A stretch of 64,000 nucleotides of DNA from Alphaproteobacteria bacterium (GTDB lineage Bacteria; Pseudomonadota; Alphaproteobacteria; MPNO01; UBA830). This document shows, one piece after another, positions 1 to 10,121 of the stretch. The DNA is taken from NCBI GenBank assembly GCA_965243135.1, contig OZ251539.1, positions 5,248,001 to 5,312,000 on the forward strand, given 5' to 3'. A model generated the notes under the pieces. The model worked only from the letters and a program-made list of their open reading frames with translations. It was not told the DNA's origin and did not search any database. Made by a program: the position numbers and the translations under genes. How positions within the stretch are numbered: position 1 is the stretch's first letter; every line of letters starts with the position of its first letter.

Positions 1-1924
1 TCACATGTATGGCATTTTCAAACTCGTCGACGAGCAAAACGCCGCCCCTCGCGCCGGCGCATAGAAGTCCGATTTCGAACACGCGCCGCATGCCGTCGCC
101 AAACGACGACAGATCTCTCGCTTTCCCGTTGTCGTAGGTTACGAGAAAGCGGCCGGCGTCGTCCGACAGCTCGATGTTTTTGATATTCGGGTCGATGTGT
201 TCTCTGATAAAGTCGACGACCCGTTCCTTGGTCCCTGATTCCAGGCTGTCCTCGTTATAGCGCGTGAGCAATTCTGCACGGTTGAACGGGCCGGCGAAGA
301 CCGCGCGGCATACCCAGTGCCGGTCGCCCAGAAAACTGGTGCGCCGGGGACGCTCCGAAAAAAACGCCACATCGGAGCTTTGCTTTCGGCCGCCATAGTC
401 GGATTCGATGAGGAGTCTGGAAAGGAAGGAGGTGTGATCCGATACGGCATCGCCGGGGTCTTCCGAGCGCGATATCCGGAGGTTCGTCCGATTCTCGTCG
501 ACTTCGTCGAAAGTTCCGGAGATCCGCGCTTTCTGCGGAAGCTGTCGAGCGAGTCGGGAGGGATCCGGTTCCCTTTCCGCTCGATCCCGCCATCGGACGA
601 CGTCCAGAAGACCCCGTTCGTCGTTCTGTCTCGTCAGCAAATATATCGCTTCAAGGATCGACGTTTTCCCCGCATTGTTGATTCCCACGATCAGGTTAAG
701 TCTTCTTGTATTTTCAAGATCAAGATGGTTTATTACGCGATATTTCTCAATATGAATGGAGGAAAATTGCGATTGCGTGATTTCATTGAACGGCTTCCAA
801 GGGAAGCGGTCTCCAGTTTCGGGCGGTTGACGTTTGCGCGCCAGCGAGACTCCCTGAAGGCGTCCGATCAGTTGATCCACGCGGTCAAGATCGTCAGGTT
901 TGAGACCGCCGATCCGCGTATCAAGCTTCTGAAAACCGATATTGAAAGTCTCGAACGCTCTGTCGATTTCGTTTTTCATAAGCAGCGAGCTGGAAAGCGT
1001 GGCTTCCTGAAGGCTGCGGGTTTCGTCAAGACGTTTGAGAGCGGCCGGGTCTTCGATGATCTTGGAAAGTTCCCGAATGTGACCCACAGTGGTAATGACG
1101 GGAGAAAGAGCGCTATCCTCGTCATCCCTTTCTTCCTGCGACATCCACAGAAACAAGCGTTCCAGACGATCCGCTTTCGAGGCGGCGCATGTTTCGTTGC
1201 TCCAACCGAGCCATTCGCGTAGCGGCGGATTGCCAAGTATTTCTCTGAAGAGATTATACTGATCCGATTGGAACTGGTCGCCATAGTCGCTGTCTTTATA
1301 GGAATTCACCAAGGCGAGCGTGCGTAACGAATGATTGAATTCGCGCTTGCTGATGCCTAGGGATCGACATACTGCGTCTGTGTCGCCATCAAAATACCCG
1401 TTCAGTTTTTTGATTGCCTCGGCGCGATTTACGGCCGGCCAGCGTTGTTTTCCGGTGATGTGGTGAAGACCCATCATCACGAGGGATTGAGCGGGGTCGG
1501 CGTTGCTATAACGGACGACCGGAACTTTGGAGAACAAGGCGCTGTCCAATTTGCCCAGATCTATGGCGTCCTCTTCGTATCGGCGTTGAAGATACTTGAG
1601 GGTGGCCACGCGTCGATTGCCTTCGACGACGATATATCGCGCTTTTTCCTTATCCTGAACGAGAACGGGATCGATTTCGAGCCAGCCGTTTTCCTTTATG
1701 CTGGCGATCAAATCCTGCACGTTCTGTTGGGATCTCCCGAGGATGAAGGCGGTGGTGCGCCGTTGCACGTCCGCGTTGAAAGCGTCTTCCGGCGCAACGT
1801 GCTTGTATTCGGGAAGGTCTATGAACCGAAAATTATTCGGGTCCAGATACAGGCGCGAAAGAGCCGCCGTTCTCCGACTGCTCGATTGTTCGACGTGCGG
1901 TTGTTCAAGGCGGTCTTCGTTCAT
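1..1924 (-). CDS. ParB/Srx-like N-terminal domain fused to an ABC-type (AAA_15/AAA_21-like) ATPase; runs off the left edge (>640 aa)
   Basis: Not in the ORF track because there is no stop in the window. Manual translation from ATG 1924: MNEDRLEQ...LYLDPNNFRF...YIVVEGNRRVATLK (ParB-like), then LNLIVGINNAGKTSILEAI (Walker A), LSSFGDGMRR (signature) and VLLVDEFENAIH (Walker B/D-loop). Confidence 0.85.
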   Translation of the reverse strand, partial: MNEDRLEQPHVEQSSSRRTAALSRLYLDPNNFRFIDLPEYKHVAPEDAFNADVQRRTTAFILGRSQQNVQDLIASIKENGWLEIDPVLVQDKEKARYIVVEGNRRVATLKYLQRRYEEDAIDLGKLDSALFSKVPVVRYSNADPAQSLVMMGLHHITGKQRWPAVNRAEAIKKLNGYFDGDTDAVCRSLGISKREFNHSLRTLALVNSYKDSDYGDQFQSDQYNLFREILGNPPLREWLGWSNETCAASKADRLERLFLWMSQEERDDEDSALSPVITTVGHIRELSKIIEDPAALKRLDETRSLQEATLSSSLLMKNEIDRAFETFNIGFQKLDTRIGGLKPDDLDRVDQLIGRLQGVSLARKRQPPETGDRFPWKPFNEITQSQFSSIHIEKYRVINHLDLENTRRLNLIVGINNAGKTSILEAIYLLTRQNDERGLLDVVRWRDRAEREPDPSRLARQLPQKARISGTFDEVDENRTNLRISRSEDPGDAVSDHTSFLSRLLIESDYGGRKQSSDVAFFSERPRRTSFLGDRHWVCRAVFAGPFNRAELLTRYNEDSLESGTKERVVDFIREHIDPNIKNIELSDDAGRFLVTYDNGKARDLSSFGDGMRRVFEIGLLCAGARGGVLLVDEFENAIHV

Positions 1925-2099
1925 GGATTGCCTCGGCGCTGCGGATCGCAGCATTTCGTGCATGACATGCCCGAAATCTAATGCGCCGGCACCAGAAGCG
2001 CAATTGCCGGCTGTGCGCGCTGCCGCGGCGAACCCGCCCCGAAAGTTTTCCCGCTGGTCGAGATTTCTCCGGTTTGGGGCCTGCGGAAAGGCGGCGGGA

Positions 2100-2972
2100 A
2101 CGACTGCCCAATGGCAAAAGTCGGCACGGGCTTGTTCCGGCGCGTCGGCGGCCTCCCGGTTCCTGCCGCTGCCGCCTGACGCCGAGGTCGCCCGGCGCTT
2201 GCCGGACGCGCCGGTTGTCCACGGCGACGAGATGGGGTGGGCGGGCGAGGAGGACGAAGGCAACGCGCTTGCCTAGGGCCGGCCAGTCGGAGAACGCGGT
2301 CCCTCCGGCCGTCGCGAAAGGCCGCCTCGCGCCGTTCGGAGGGCTCGGCTCGCCCGAGCGAGTCTGCGATCGTCGCTCGGCCCGCCGGAAACTGGCGCGC
2401 GTCATGGAAGGGCGAATCGTTCGTGCATATTTTTGGGCTATGTTGCGGCTGGTTCATGCTTGGCGTGACCAACCTTGGAAACGGTTAACTCGCACCAGTC
2501 GCCGAAAAATGGATACTTGCTGCGCTGTCCCGGATGCTTGGCGCCTTGCGCATCCGGGCAACGCGACCGCCCGGCGACGGCTCGCAGGGGCTGTCGAGGC
2601 GTTCTTCGCGAAGGCGGGATAGGAGCGAGACAGCAGGGCAGACCGCGATTCGCGCGCCCGGACTCCCCGCTGCGTCGCCGCAGCGGCCTGGCGGTGCGCC
2701 TCGACAACCCGGCCGTCCCCAACAACGCCGCCGAACGCGGCTTGCGCGGCGTCAGTCGGAAGTTCTCGTTCGGAAGCGTGAACGGGGCGCGGTTGGCAGG
2801 CGCGCTCCGTTTTGTCTTCGGCATGTTGACTGGCCCGTACCGCCGGCTGCCCGGCGACCTCCGTGCCCGTCGCCGCGGTCCGCCGCCTGAAGACCCGGCC
2901 GCCTGGTTGCCGCCTGACGCCGACGGGCAGCGCCTCCGTTCCCGGGCTCCCTCTCTTCCCCAGGGGCCATGA
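2100..2972 (+). pseudogene. Degenerate IS66-family transposase (TnpC) fragment
   Basis: Motifs lie in different frames: APVVHGDEMGW (cf. HADETGW) and NPAVPNNAAERGLR..RKFSFGS (cf. DNNAAERALR..RK). Boundaries are approximate. Confidence 0.6.
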
Positions 2973-3847
2973 GTAGCGCCCCTTGCCGCTACTGCGGCCG
3001 CGACTTCTCCGAATCCGAGATCGGCATGATCCGCGCTCTGATCGCGAGGCGCGACCCGGCGCTCCACCGCCGGGCGTTGTCGCAGGAGGTTTGCCGACGC
3101 CTCGACTGGCGCAAGCCCGATGGCGGTCTCAAGGACATGAGCGCCCGCGTCGCCATGCTGCGCATGCACCGCGACGGCTTGATCGTCCTGCCGCCGCGGC
3201 GGCGGGCTCCCATTGTTCGCCGTCCGATCGTACCCGGTCCTGCCACCGACCCGCCCCTGTTCCCGATCCCGGAGCGTCTCGCCGAAATCCGGCCCGTGCT
3301 CGTGGAACCGATCCGGAACTCCGCGGAAGGCCGCATCTGGAACGAGTTTGTCGCTCGCTATCATTACCTCGGTTACTCGACCCTGCCCGGCGCGCAGATG
3401 CGCTACCTCGCCCGCGCCGCCGGCGGCGAGCCTCTCGCCGTTCTCGGCTTCGGCGCCGCAGCCTGGAAAATCGCGCCGCGGGACAAGCTCGTCGGATGGA
3501 CCCCCGAGACTCGTCGTCGCAACCTGCCCCTGGTTGTCAACAACGCGAGATTCCTGATCCTGCCTTGGGTCCGGATCAATAACCTCGCGTCCCATATCCT
3601 CGCTCTGATCGAACGCCGCCTGCCCGACGACTGGGAGAAGCGCTACGCGCTGCGCCCGGTCCTGCTTGAAACCTTCTGCGAATCCCCGAGGTTCGAGGGG
3701 ATCTGCTACCGCGCCGCCAACTGGATGAAGGTCGGCATGACCCAGGGTCGCGGCAAGCTCGACGTTCGGAAGGAACGCGCCCTGCCGGTCAAGGACATCT
3801 GGCTGAAACCCCTGCACCGCGACTGGAAACGGCTTCTCAACGAATAG
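2969..3847 (+). CDS. DUF4338 (DruA-like domain) protein
   Basis: WNEFVARYHYLGY, RDKLVGW, VVNNARFLILPWV, NLASHIL, PVLLETF, YRAANW. Its ATG overlaps the stop of the IS66 fragment (ATGA). Confidence 0.85.
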   Translation: MSSAPCRYCGRDFSESEIGMIRALIARRDPALHRRALSQEVCRRLDWRKPDGGLKDMSARVAMLRMHRDGLIVLPPRRRAPIVRRPIVPGPATDPPLFPIPERLAEIRPVLVEPIRNSAEGRIWNEFVARYHYLGYSTLPGAQMRYLARAAGGEPLAVLGFGAAAWKIAPRDKLVGWTPETRRRNLPLVVNNARFLILPWVRINNLASHILALIERRLPDDWEKRYALRPVLLETFCESPRFEGICYRAANWMKVGMTQGRGKLDVRKERALPVKDIWLKPLHRDWKRLLNE

Positions 3848-4236
3848 TCGCCGCCCCGCAAGCGAACGCTCGCGTCCGATGGGGCCCTCTTCTCGTTGCC
3901 GTCCGCGGAACGCCGGACAAGGAAGCCGCGGAAAGACGGGAAAGCCGGCGCGGCCTTCGACGCGGGCGGATCGTTTCCCGGGACGGCGCCGAGCGGTTGT
4001 CCAGGCTTCGCCAGGCTGCGCAGGTCGATCGCTCGGGAAGCGCGCGGGCTCGCGGCGATTTCAGGGACGAGGCGCGGGCTCGCTGCGCCGGGCGGCGAGG
4101 ATTTCGCGTTGCGCGGACGCCGCTCCATGCGGGATCGGGCGGCCGCGCCGCGAAGGGACGCCGGGCCGGCTGGCGGATTTTCGGACGTCCGTCGGCGAGC
4201 GTTCGGCAGTCGGCGATGACCGGCGGCGCGACAGGA

Positions 4237-4265
4237 TTGCCTTTCGCGTTCGGGCGGATTATATT
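4237..4265 (+). promoter_or_regulatory. Sigma70-type promoter of tRNA-Arg
   Basis: TTGCCT-17 nt-TATATT, 12 nt upstream of the tRNA. Confidence 0.65.
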
Positions 4266-4277
4266 GCCGTCTCTCGT

Positions 4278-4354
4278 GCGCCCGTAGCTCAACTGGATAG
4301 AGTACCTGACTACGGATCAGGGGGTTGGGGGTTCGAATCCTCCCGGGCGCGCCA
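4278..4354 (+). tRNA. tRNA-Arg (anticodon ACG)
   Basis: GCGCCCG acceptor stem, anticodon arm CCTGA-CTACGGA-TCAGG, T-loop GTTCGAATC, encoded 3' CCA; 77 nt. Confidence 0.95.
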
Positions 4355-4772
4355 CGACGCCTCGTCGGCGCGTCGTCATCCGCTTTCCATGAAAATGTCC
4401 GGACGCCGGACTTTCCCTGCGTCCGAGGCGGCCCGGTGCCGACGGCGGTCGGACAAACGCGGACCTTGAAGTGGGCTCTTAGCGCGCTGTCTGGCGGTCA
4501 GGTTCGACGCGCGAGGCTCGGGCCGGGCGCTGGCGGTTCCCTGTTTCCGGCCGCGCGACCGGACGTCGATAGAGGCGGCGGTCGGCCAGGCCCTGTCGCC
4601 GCCGGTCGAGGGCGATGCCCGACCTGGACGGGGCGGGCGCTCGCAAAAACGGCTTCTTCAAGCCGCCCATCATCAAGCAACGTTTGGACACCTCCAGCCC
4701 TGCGGGCCGGTCTCGCATCCGTCCAGGCTCGGGTTGCGTAGTATATTGGTTCAATCCCTATAGGAGACTGTC

Positions 4773-5951
4773 ATGCCCGGCCGCCATTTCCGAATATGGG
4801 ACGCTCGGTTCGCCCGTATCCTGCCGTCCGACAAGGTTCGCGTCCTCTCCAGGGTCGACGCGCGCTGCGCCAGTATCCGTCGCGTTGTCCGCGCCAGCTT
4901 CGCGGGCCGCGGCGAACCGGTTCGCCGCGGCCCGGGCCGCAAGGCGCGGCGGAGTCTCGCGGGTCGGACCGTTCCCCTGGCCGTCGCGCTGGTTTCGCTG
5001 GCGGCCGTCGCCGCGCGCGCCGCCGACTTCAAGCCGGCCGTGATCTACGGCAACAAGTCCGACAGGTCGTTCAACGAAGCCGTCTACAACGGCGCGCAGC
5101 GCTTCGCCGAGGAAACCGGCATCGCGGTGATGGAGTTCCAGGTCGCCAACGAGGCGCAGCGCCGGAGCGGGATGGAACTCCTGATCCAGCGCGGCGCGAC
5201 GGCCCTGCTGGCGGCGGGATTCCCCTATGCCGACGCCATCGACGGGGCGGCGGAAAACAATCCGGACGTGCTGTTCGGAATCATCGACGCGTTCTGGCTC
5301 GACCGGCCGAACCTGCGCCAATACTCGTTCAAGGAGCACGAAGGCAGCTACCTCGTCGGCGTCGCGGCGGCGACGAAGTCGCGAAGCGGCATCGTGGGCT
5401 TCGTCGGCGGGATGGACTCGCCGCTCATCCGCAAGTTCGCTTGCGGCTACGTCCAGGGCGTCAAATCGGTCGGCCCCGACGTCGCGGTCCTGCAAGACAT
5501 GACCGGCGCTACCCGCGCCGCCTGGAACGATCCGGCAAAGGGCGGCGAGTTGGCGAGAAGCCAGATCGGCCGCGGCGCCGACGTCGTCTACCACGCGGCC
5601 GGAGCCACTGGCCTCGGGGTGATCGAGGCGGCGGCGGACGCCGGCAAACTGGCCATCGGCGTCGACACGAACCAGAACCGCCTCGCGCCGGGCAAGGTGC
5701 TGACGTCCATGGTGAAGCGGGTCGATATCGCCGCCTACCGGTTCTTCAAGGACGTCCTTGAAGGCCGCTTCTCGGCCGGCGTCGAGCGGCTGGGGCTCGC
5801 CGAGGGCGGCGTGGACTGGGCCGTCGACGAGCACAACAGAGCGCTGGTCGCCGGCGAGATCGAGGCCGCGGTCGCCGCGGCGCGCGAAGCGATCGTTTCC
5901 GGCCGGATTGCGGTGCACGACTACCAGGACGACTCCTTGTGTCCGTATTGA
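4773..5951 (+). CDS. BMP/PnrA-family ABC transporter substrate-binding protein (true start probably later)
   Basis: DRSFNEA, FKEHEGSYLVG, GFVGGMD, GADVVYHAAG, AIGVDTNQ, TSMVKRVD. Confidence 0.85.
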   Translation: MPGRHFRIWDARFARILPSDKVRVLSRVDARCASIRRVVRASFAGRGEPVRRGPGRKARRSLAGRTVPLAVALVSLAAVAARAADFKPAVIYGNKSDRSFNEAVYNGAQRFAEETGIAVMEFQVANEAQRRSGMELLIQRGATALLAAGFPYADAIDGAAENNPDVLFGIIDAFWLDRPNLRQYSFKEHEGSYLVGVAAATKSRSGIVGFVGGMDSPLIRKFACGYVQGVKSVGPDVAVLQDMTGATRAAWNDPAKGGELARSQIGRGADVVYHAAGATGLGVIEAAADAGKLAIGVDTNQNRLAPGKVLTSMVKRVDIAAYRFFKDVLEGRFSAGVERLGLAEGGVDWAVDEHNRALVAGEIEAAVAAAREAIVSGRIAVHDYQDDSLCPY

Positions 5952-6123
5952 ACGGGGACGGCGACGCGAAGGAACGGCCGCGCTCCGGCGGAAGCCGAGC
6001 GAAGAGCCGGACGTTCGCAGGGCGGGGCGAGCGGAAATCGACCCGGCGGCGGTCGCGCGATTCGGCACGCGGCGCGGCGCGTGGACGACCGAGCGCGGCG
6101 GAACGGGGCCGCGCGCTCCTGAC

Positions 6124-6987
6124 TTAGACGTCGAACGCGAACGCTTCGCCGCGCGCGACGATGCGTCCGGCGGACGGCGCCGGAAAATGAGCCGGCATGA
6201 CCAGCGCGCCGCTTTCGGCATGGCGTTCGAGGAAGGCGCGGCGGGTGCGGCGGGACTGTTCCCGGTCGACGCAGAAGCAGCTGCTCAACTGCGGTTCGGC
6301 GCATTGCAGCGGGTGATGCATCAGATCTCCGCTCATGACGGCCTCCGTGCCGCCGCTGCGGATTCGCACGTTCACGTGGCCGGGCGTGTGTCCCGGCGAG
6401 GGTTCGAGCCGCACCCACGAGTCGATCTCGTGATCGTCCCGCACGAACTCCGCCATTCCCGCCGCGATTACCGGCAGGATCGCGTCCTCGTGATACGGGT
6501 CCTCGGCGAAGCGTTCCGTTTCCCGCTCCCAGTATTCCCATTCCCGGCGGCCGAACAGATAGCGGGCGTTCGGAAAAGTCGGAATCCAGCGCCCGTCGAG
6601 CAGCCGCGTGTTCCAGCCGACGTGATCGACGTGCAGATGGGTGCAGACCACGTAGTCGACCGCGTCGGGCGCTATGCCGACGCGGCGGAGGTTCTCGAGA
6701 TAGGGCCAGGATTTACGATGGTAGCGCCGCTTGCGCGGCCGCTCCCGGTCGTTGCCGCTGCAGGTATCGACGAGGACGACGTGCCGCGGCGTGGTGACGA
6801 CGAAACTGTGGAAGGCGAGCACGAGAAGACCGGTCGCCGGATCGAGGAGCCGCGGCTCGAGCCAAGGGCGATGCCGCGAGACCAGATCCGGATCCGCGTC
6901 GGGGAACAGGGTTTCGGGGAGCAGGAGGGGTTTCTCGAATTCGAGAACCCGGTCGATCCGCACTTCGCCCAAACGCCACCCGTTCAC
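6124..6987 (-). CDS. MBL-fold metallo-hydrolase
   Basis: THLHVDHVGWN, PGHTPGH, SGDLMH. GTG start at 6987 with upstream GAGAGG. Confidence 0.88.
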   Translation of the reverse strand: MNGWRLGEVRIDRVLEFEKPLLLPETLFPDADPDLVSRHRPWLEPRLLDPATGLLVLAFHSFVVTTPRHVVLVDTCSGNDRERPRKRRYHRKSWPYLENLRRVGIAPDAVDYVVCTHLHVDHVGWNTRLLDGRWIPTFPNARYLFGRREWEYWERETERFAEDPYHEDAILPVIAAGMAEFVRDDHEIDSWVRLEPSPGHTPGHVNVRIRSGGTEAVMSGDLMHHPLQCAEPQLSSCFCVDREQSRRTRRAFLERHAESGALVMPAHFPAPSAGRIVARGEAFAFDV

Positions 6988-7385
6988 GATCCTGCCTCTC
7001 GTTGCCGTGCGGGTTTCCGGTCGGTCGCGACGGCCGGCCGCCGGAGGGACGCGACCCCTGTCCGTCGGCGGCGAACGAACGGCGGGGCCGGCCGCCGCTT
7101 CCCGCCGCGAAGTCCGCGCAAGCCTGACGGTTCGGCGAAAACGATGCAACCTGCCGCGCGGCAGACGCGGTCCCTGAACGCCCGGAACGTCGGCAGCGGC
7201 CGCTCGCGCCTTCGCGGCGCCCATGCCGTTCGCCGCGTCGATAGGGCGCCTGCCGCGCCTCCCCGGCTCCGTTCTTCGCGCGGTTCCGGGAAGGCGCGTC
7301 GGCGCGGAATTAGGGTTGCAATGTTTGCGGCTTTCATCCTATGTACGGCCGCGTTGAAATCTGAGGACGAAGGGAGACAACGGAC

Positions 7386-8564
7386 ATGAGAACGCTAGCT
7401 GCGCTCGTCGCTTCTTGCCTTGCCCTGGCGCCTGCGGCCCAGGCCAAGGACATCAAGATCGGCGTGATTTTCGGATTCACGGGACCGATCGAATCGCTCA
7501 CGCCTCCGATGGCGGACGCCGTGGACATGGCCTTCGAGGAAATCTCCGGCAAGGTTCTCGGCGGAGACACGCTGGTCGCGGTTCGCGCCGATTCGACTTG
7601 CGTCGACTCCGCCGCGGCCTCGACCGCCGCCGAGCGCCTGGTGACCGCGGACGGGGTGGCGGCGATCGTCGGAGCGGACTGTTCGGGCGTGACCATCGCG
7701 ATCACGAACAACGTCGCGGTGCCCAACGGCGTGCCGATCATTTCGCCGTCGGCGACGTCGCCTGCGCTGTCGACCATAAAGGACAACGGCCTCTTTTTCC
7801 GCACGTCGCCTTCCGACGCCCGGCAGGGCGAGGTTCTGGCCGGCGTCCTCAAAAAGAGGGGCGTCGACAGCGTGGCGGTGACCTATACCAACAACGACTA
7901 CGGAAAGGGTCTCGCGGAAAGCTTCGGCAACGCCTACAAGGCGATGGGCGGCAAGGTCGAGATTCAGGCCGCTCACGAGGACGGCAAGGGCGACTACGGA
8001 GCCGAGGTCGGTGCGCTCGCGGCGTCGGGAGCCGAGCATCTGGCCGTCTTCGGCTACCTCGATCAGGGCGGCAAGGGCATCATCCAGACCGCGCTGGACC
8101 GGGGCGCGTTCGACAAGTTCATCCTCGCGGACGGCATGATCGGGGAATCCCTGACCAAGAGCATCGGCGCGGATCTGAACGGCGCGTTCGGCACCGTGCC
8201 GGGCTCCGATTCTCCGGGCGCCGCGACCTTCGCGAAACTCGCCGAGTCCATGGGCAAGAAAACCGGGCCTTTCGTGGGCGAGTCCTACGACGCCGCGGCC
8301 CTGATCGCGCTGGCGATACAGGCCGCCAAGTCGGCCGACCGCGCCGCCATTCAGTCGAAGATCATGTCGGTCGCGAACGCGCCGGGCGAAAAGATCATGC
8401 CGGGCGAACTCGCCAAGGGCTTGAAGATTCTCGCCTCGGGGGGCGACGTCGACTACGTGGGCGCGACGGACGTCGAGTTGAACAAGGTCGGCGAGGTTTC
8501 CGGGGTGTACCGCGAGGTCGAGGTCAAGAACCAGAAGTTCGAGACAGTCACCCACCACCGGTAG
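7386..8564 (+). CDS. Branched-chain amino acid ABC transporter substrate-binding protein
   Basis: Signal peptide, ISPSATSPAL, FFRTSPSDARQG, NNDYGKG; GGGAG RBS. Confidence 0.9.
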   Translation: MRTLAALVASCLALAPAAQAKDIKIGVIFGFTGPIESLTPPMADAVDMAFEEISGKVLGGDTLVAVRADSTCVDSAAASTAAERLVTADGVAAIVGADCSGVTIAITNNVAVPNGVPIISPSATSPALSTIKDNGLFFRTSPSDARQGEVLAGVLKKRGVDSVAVTYTNNDYGKGLAESFGNAYKAMGGKVEIQAAHEDGKGDYGAEVGALAASGAEHLAVFGYLDQGGKGIIQTALDRGAFDKFILADGMIGESLTKSIGADLNGAFGTVPGSDSPGAATFAKLAESMGKKTGPFVGESYDAAALIALAIQAAKSADRAAIQSKIMSVANAPGEKIMPGELAKGLKILASGGDVDYVGATDVELNKVGEVSGVYREVEVKNQKFETVTHHR

Positions 8565-8598
8565 AACCGCTCCTCGCGGCGCCGCCCCGGCGCGTTTC

Positions 8599-9423
8599 AT
8601 GGTGCGGACGGCCTCTCGGGAGTCCGCGCCTGCCGGGGCGGCTCGCGCCGCGGTCCGCGTCGTAGACGTACGCAAGAGTTTCGGCGGCCTGCGGGCCGTC
8701 GACGGCGTTTCCCTCGAAATCGAGAAGGGCGCGATCACCGGGCTCATCGGTCCGAACGGCGCCGGGAAGACGACCCTGTTCAACGTCGTCTGCGGCGCCC
8801 TCGAACCGACCCGGGGGCAGGTGTTCCTCGAAGACCGCGAAATCACGGGCCTGCCGCCTCACGAGCTGTTCCGCCTGGGGGTGTTGCGCACTTTCCAGAT
8901 CGCCCGGGAATTCCCGACGCTTTCCGTTCTCGAAAACCTGATGATGGTTCCCGGCGGCCAGTCCGGGGAGAATCTGCTCTCCGCCTGGTTCCGCCGCCGG
9001 GAAATCCGCGACCAGGAAGCGGCCGTCCGCGGCAAGGCGATGGAAGTCGCCGAGTTCCTCAACCTCGCCGGCCTCGCGGACGAGCCGGCCGGGAATCTTT
9101 CCGGCGGACAAAAGAAACTGCTCGAACTCGGCCGCACGATGATGGTCGACGCCAAGGTCGTGTTCCTGGACGAGGTGGGAGCGGGCATCAACCGCGCGCT
9201 GCTGTCCATGATCGTCTCTTCCATCCGCCGTATGAACAGGGAGTTCGGATACACGTTCTGCCTGATCGAACACGACATGGAGTTCATCAATCGCCTTTGC
9301 GATCATGTCGTGGTGATGGCCGAGGGCGCGATCCTCACGGAAGGCACCGCCGAACGGGTTCTCACGGACCGGCGCGTGATCTCCGCCTATCTCGGCTCCG
9401 GGCGGCAGGAGCGGCAACAGTGA
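8599..9423 (+). CDS. ABC transporter ATP-binding protein (LivG-like)
   Basis: GPNGAGKTT, LSGGQKK, FLDE, IEHDM. Confidence 0.9.
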   Translation: MVRTASRESAPAGAARAAVRVVDVRKSFGGLRAVDGVSLEIEKGAITGLIGPNGAGKTTLFNVVCGALEPTRGQVFLEDREITGLPPHELFRLGVLRTFQIAREFPTLSVLENLMMVPGGQSGENLLSAWFRRREIRDQEAAVRGKAMEVAEFLNLAGLADEPAGNLSGGQKKLLELGRTMMVDAKVVFLDEVGAGINRALLSMIVSSIRRMNREFGYTFCLIEHDMEFINRLCDHVVVMAEGAILTEGTAERVLTDRRVISAYLGSGRQERQQ

Positions 9424-10118
9424 TCGCCGGAGAAGGGATGACGGGCGGTTACGGCGGCGTCGACATCCTGCACGACTGCACCGTCAACGCCGAGCGGGGA
9501 GAGATCGTCGTAATCGTCGGTCCCAACGGAGCCGGCAAGTCCACGGCCATGAAGGCGCTGTTCGGCATGCTGCAGCTGCGCGCGGGCACGGTGCGCCTGG
9601 ACGGCGAGGACATCACCGCGCTCAGCCCGCAGGCGCGGGCGAGCAAGGGCATGGGATTCGTGCCGCAGACGCGGAACGTCTTCGCCGGGATGACGGTCGA
9701 GGAAAACCTCGAGATGGGCGCGTATCTGCGCGAGGACGACATTTCCGGGACGATGACGGAAGTGTTCGACCTGTTTCCGGCGCTGAAGGAAAGGCGGCGG
9801 CGACTGGCGGGCGAACTGTCCGGCGGGCAGCGCCAGCAGATCGCGGTGGCGCGGGCGCTGATGACCAGGCCGGCCGTGCTGATGCTGGACGAGCCGACGG
9901 CGGGCGTCGCGCCCATCGTCATGGACGAACTGTTCCAGCGGATTCTGGAGATCAGGGACACCGGCATCGCGGTTCTCATGGTCGAGCAGAACGCCGCCAA
10001 GGCGCTCGCGATCGCCGATCGGGGATACGTCCTCGTCACCGGCCGCAACCGGTTCGCGGACACCGGCGAAGCGCTCCTGGCGGATCCGAAGGTTCGCCGC
10101 TCGTTTCTCGGAGGCTGA
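9420..10118 (+). CDS. ABC transporter ATP-binding protein (LivF-like)
   Basis: GTG overlaps the upstream stop; GPNGAGKST, LSGGQRQ, LDEP, VEQNA. Confidence 0.9.
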   Translation: MIAGEGMTGGYGGVDILHDCTVNAERGEIVVIVGPNGAGKSTAMKALFGMLQLRAGTVRLDGEDITALSPQARASKGMGFVPQTRNVFAGMTVEENLEMGAYLREDDISGTMTEVFDLFPALKERRRRLAGELSGGQRQQIAVARALMTRPAVLMLDEPTAGVAPIVMDELFQRILEIRDTGIAVLMVEQNAAKALAIADRGYVLVTGRNRFADTGEALLADPKVRRSFLGG

Positions 10119-10121
10119 CCG

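Noticed and set aside
317-1981. Plus-strand ORFs 317..1222 and 1445..1981
   Set aside because: Antisense shadows of the minus-strand ParB-ATPase gene.
2969-3847. Druantia defence system
   Set aside because: Only a DruA-like domain is present, with no DruE helicase or other dru genes, and the context is an IS.
4278-4354. tRNA-Arg as an island attachment site
   Set aside because: I saw no integrase and no duplicated tRNA 3' end in the window.
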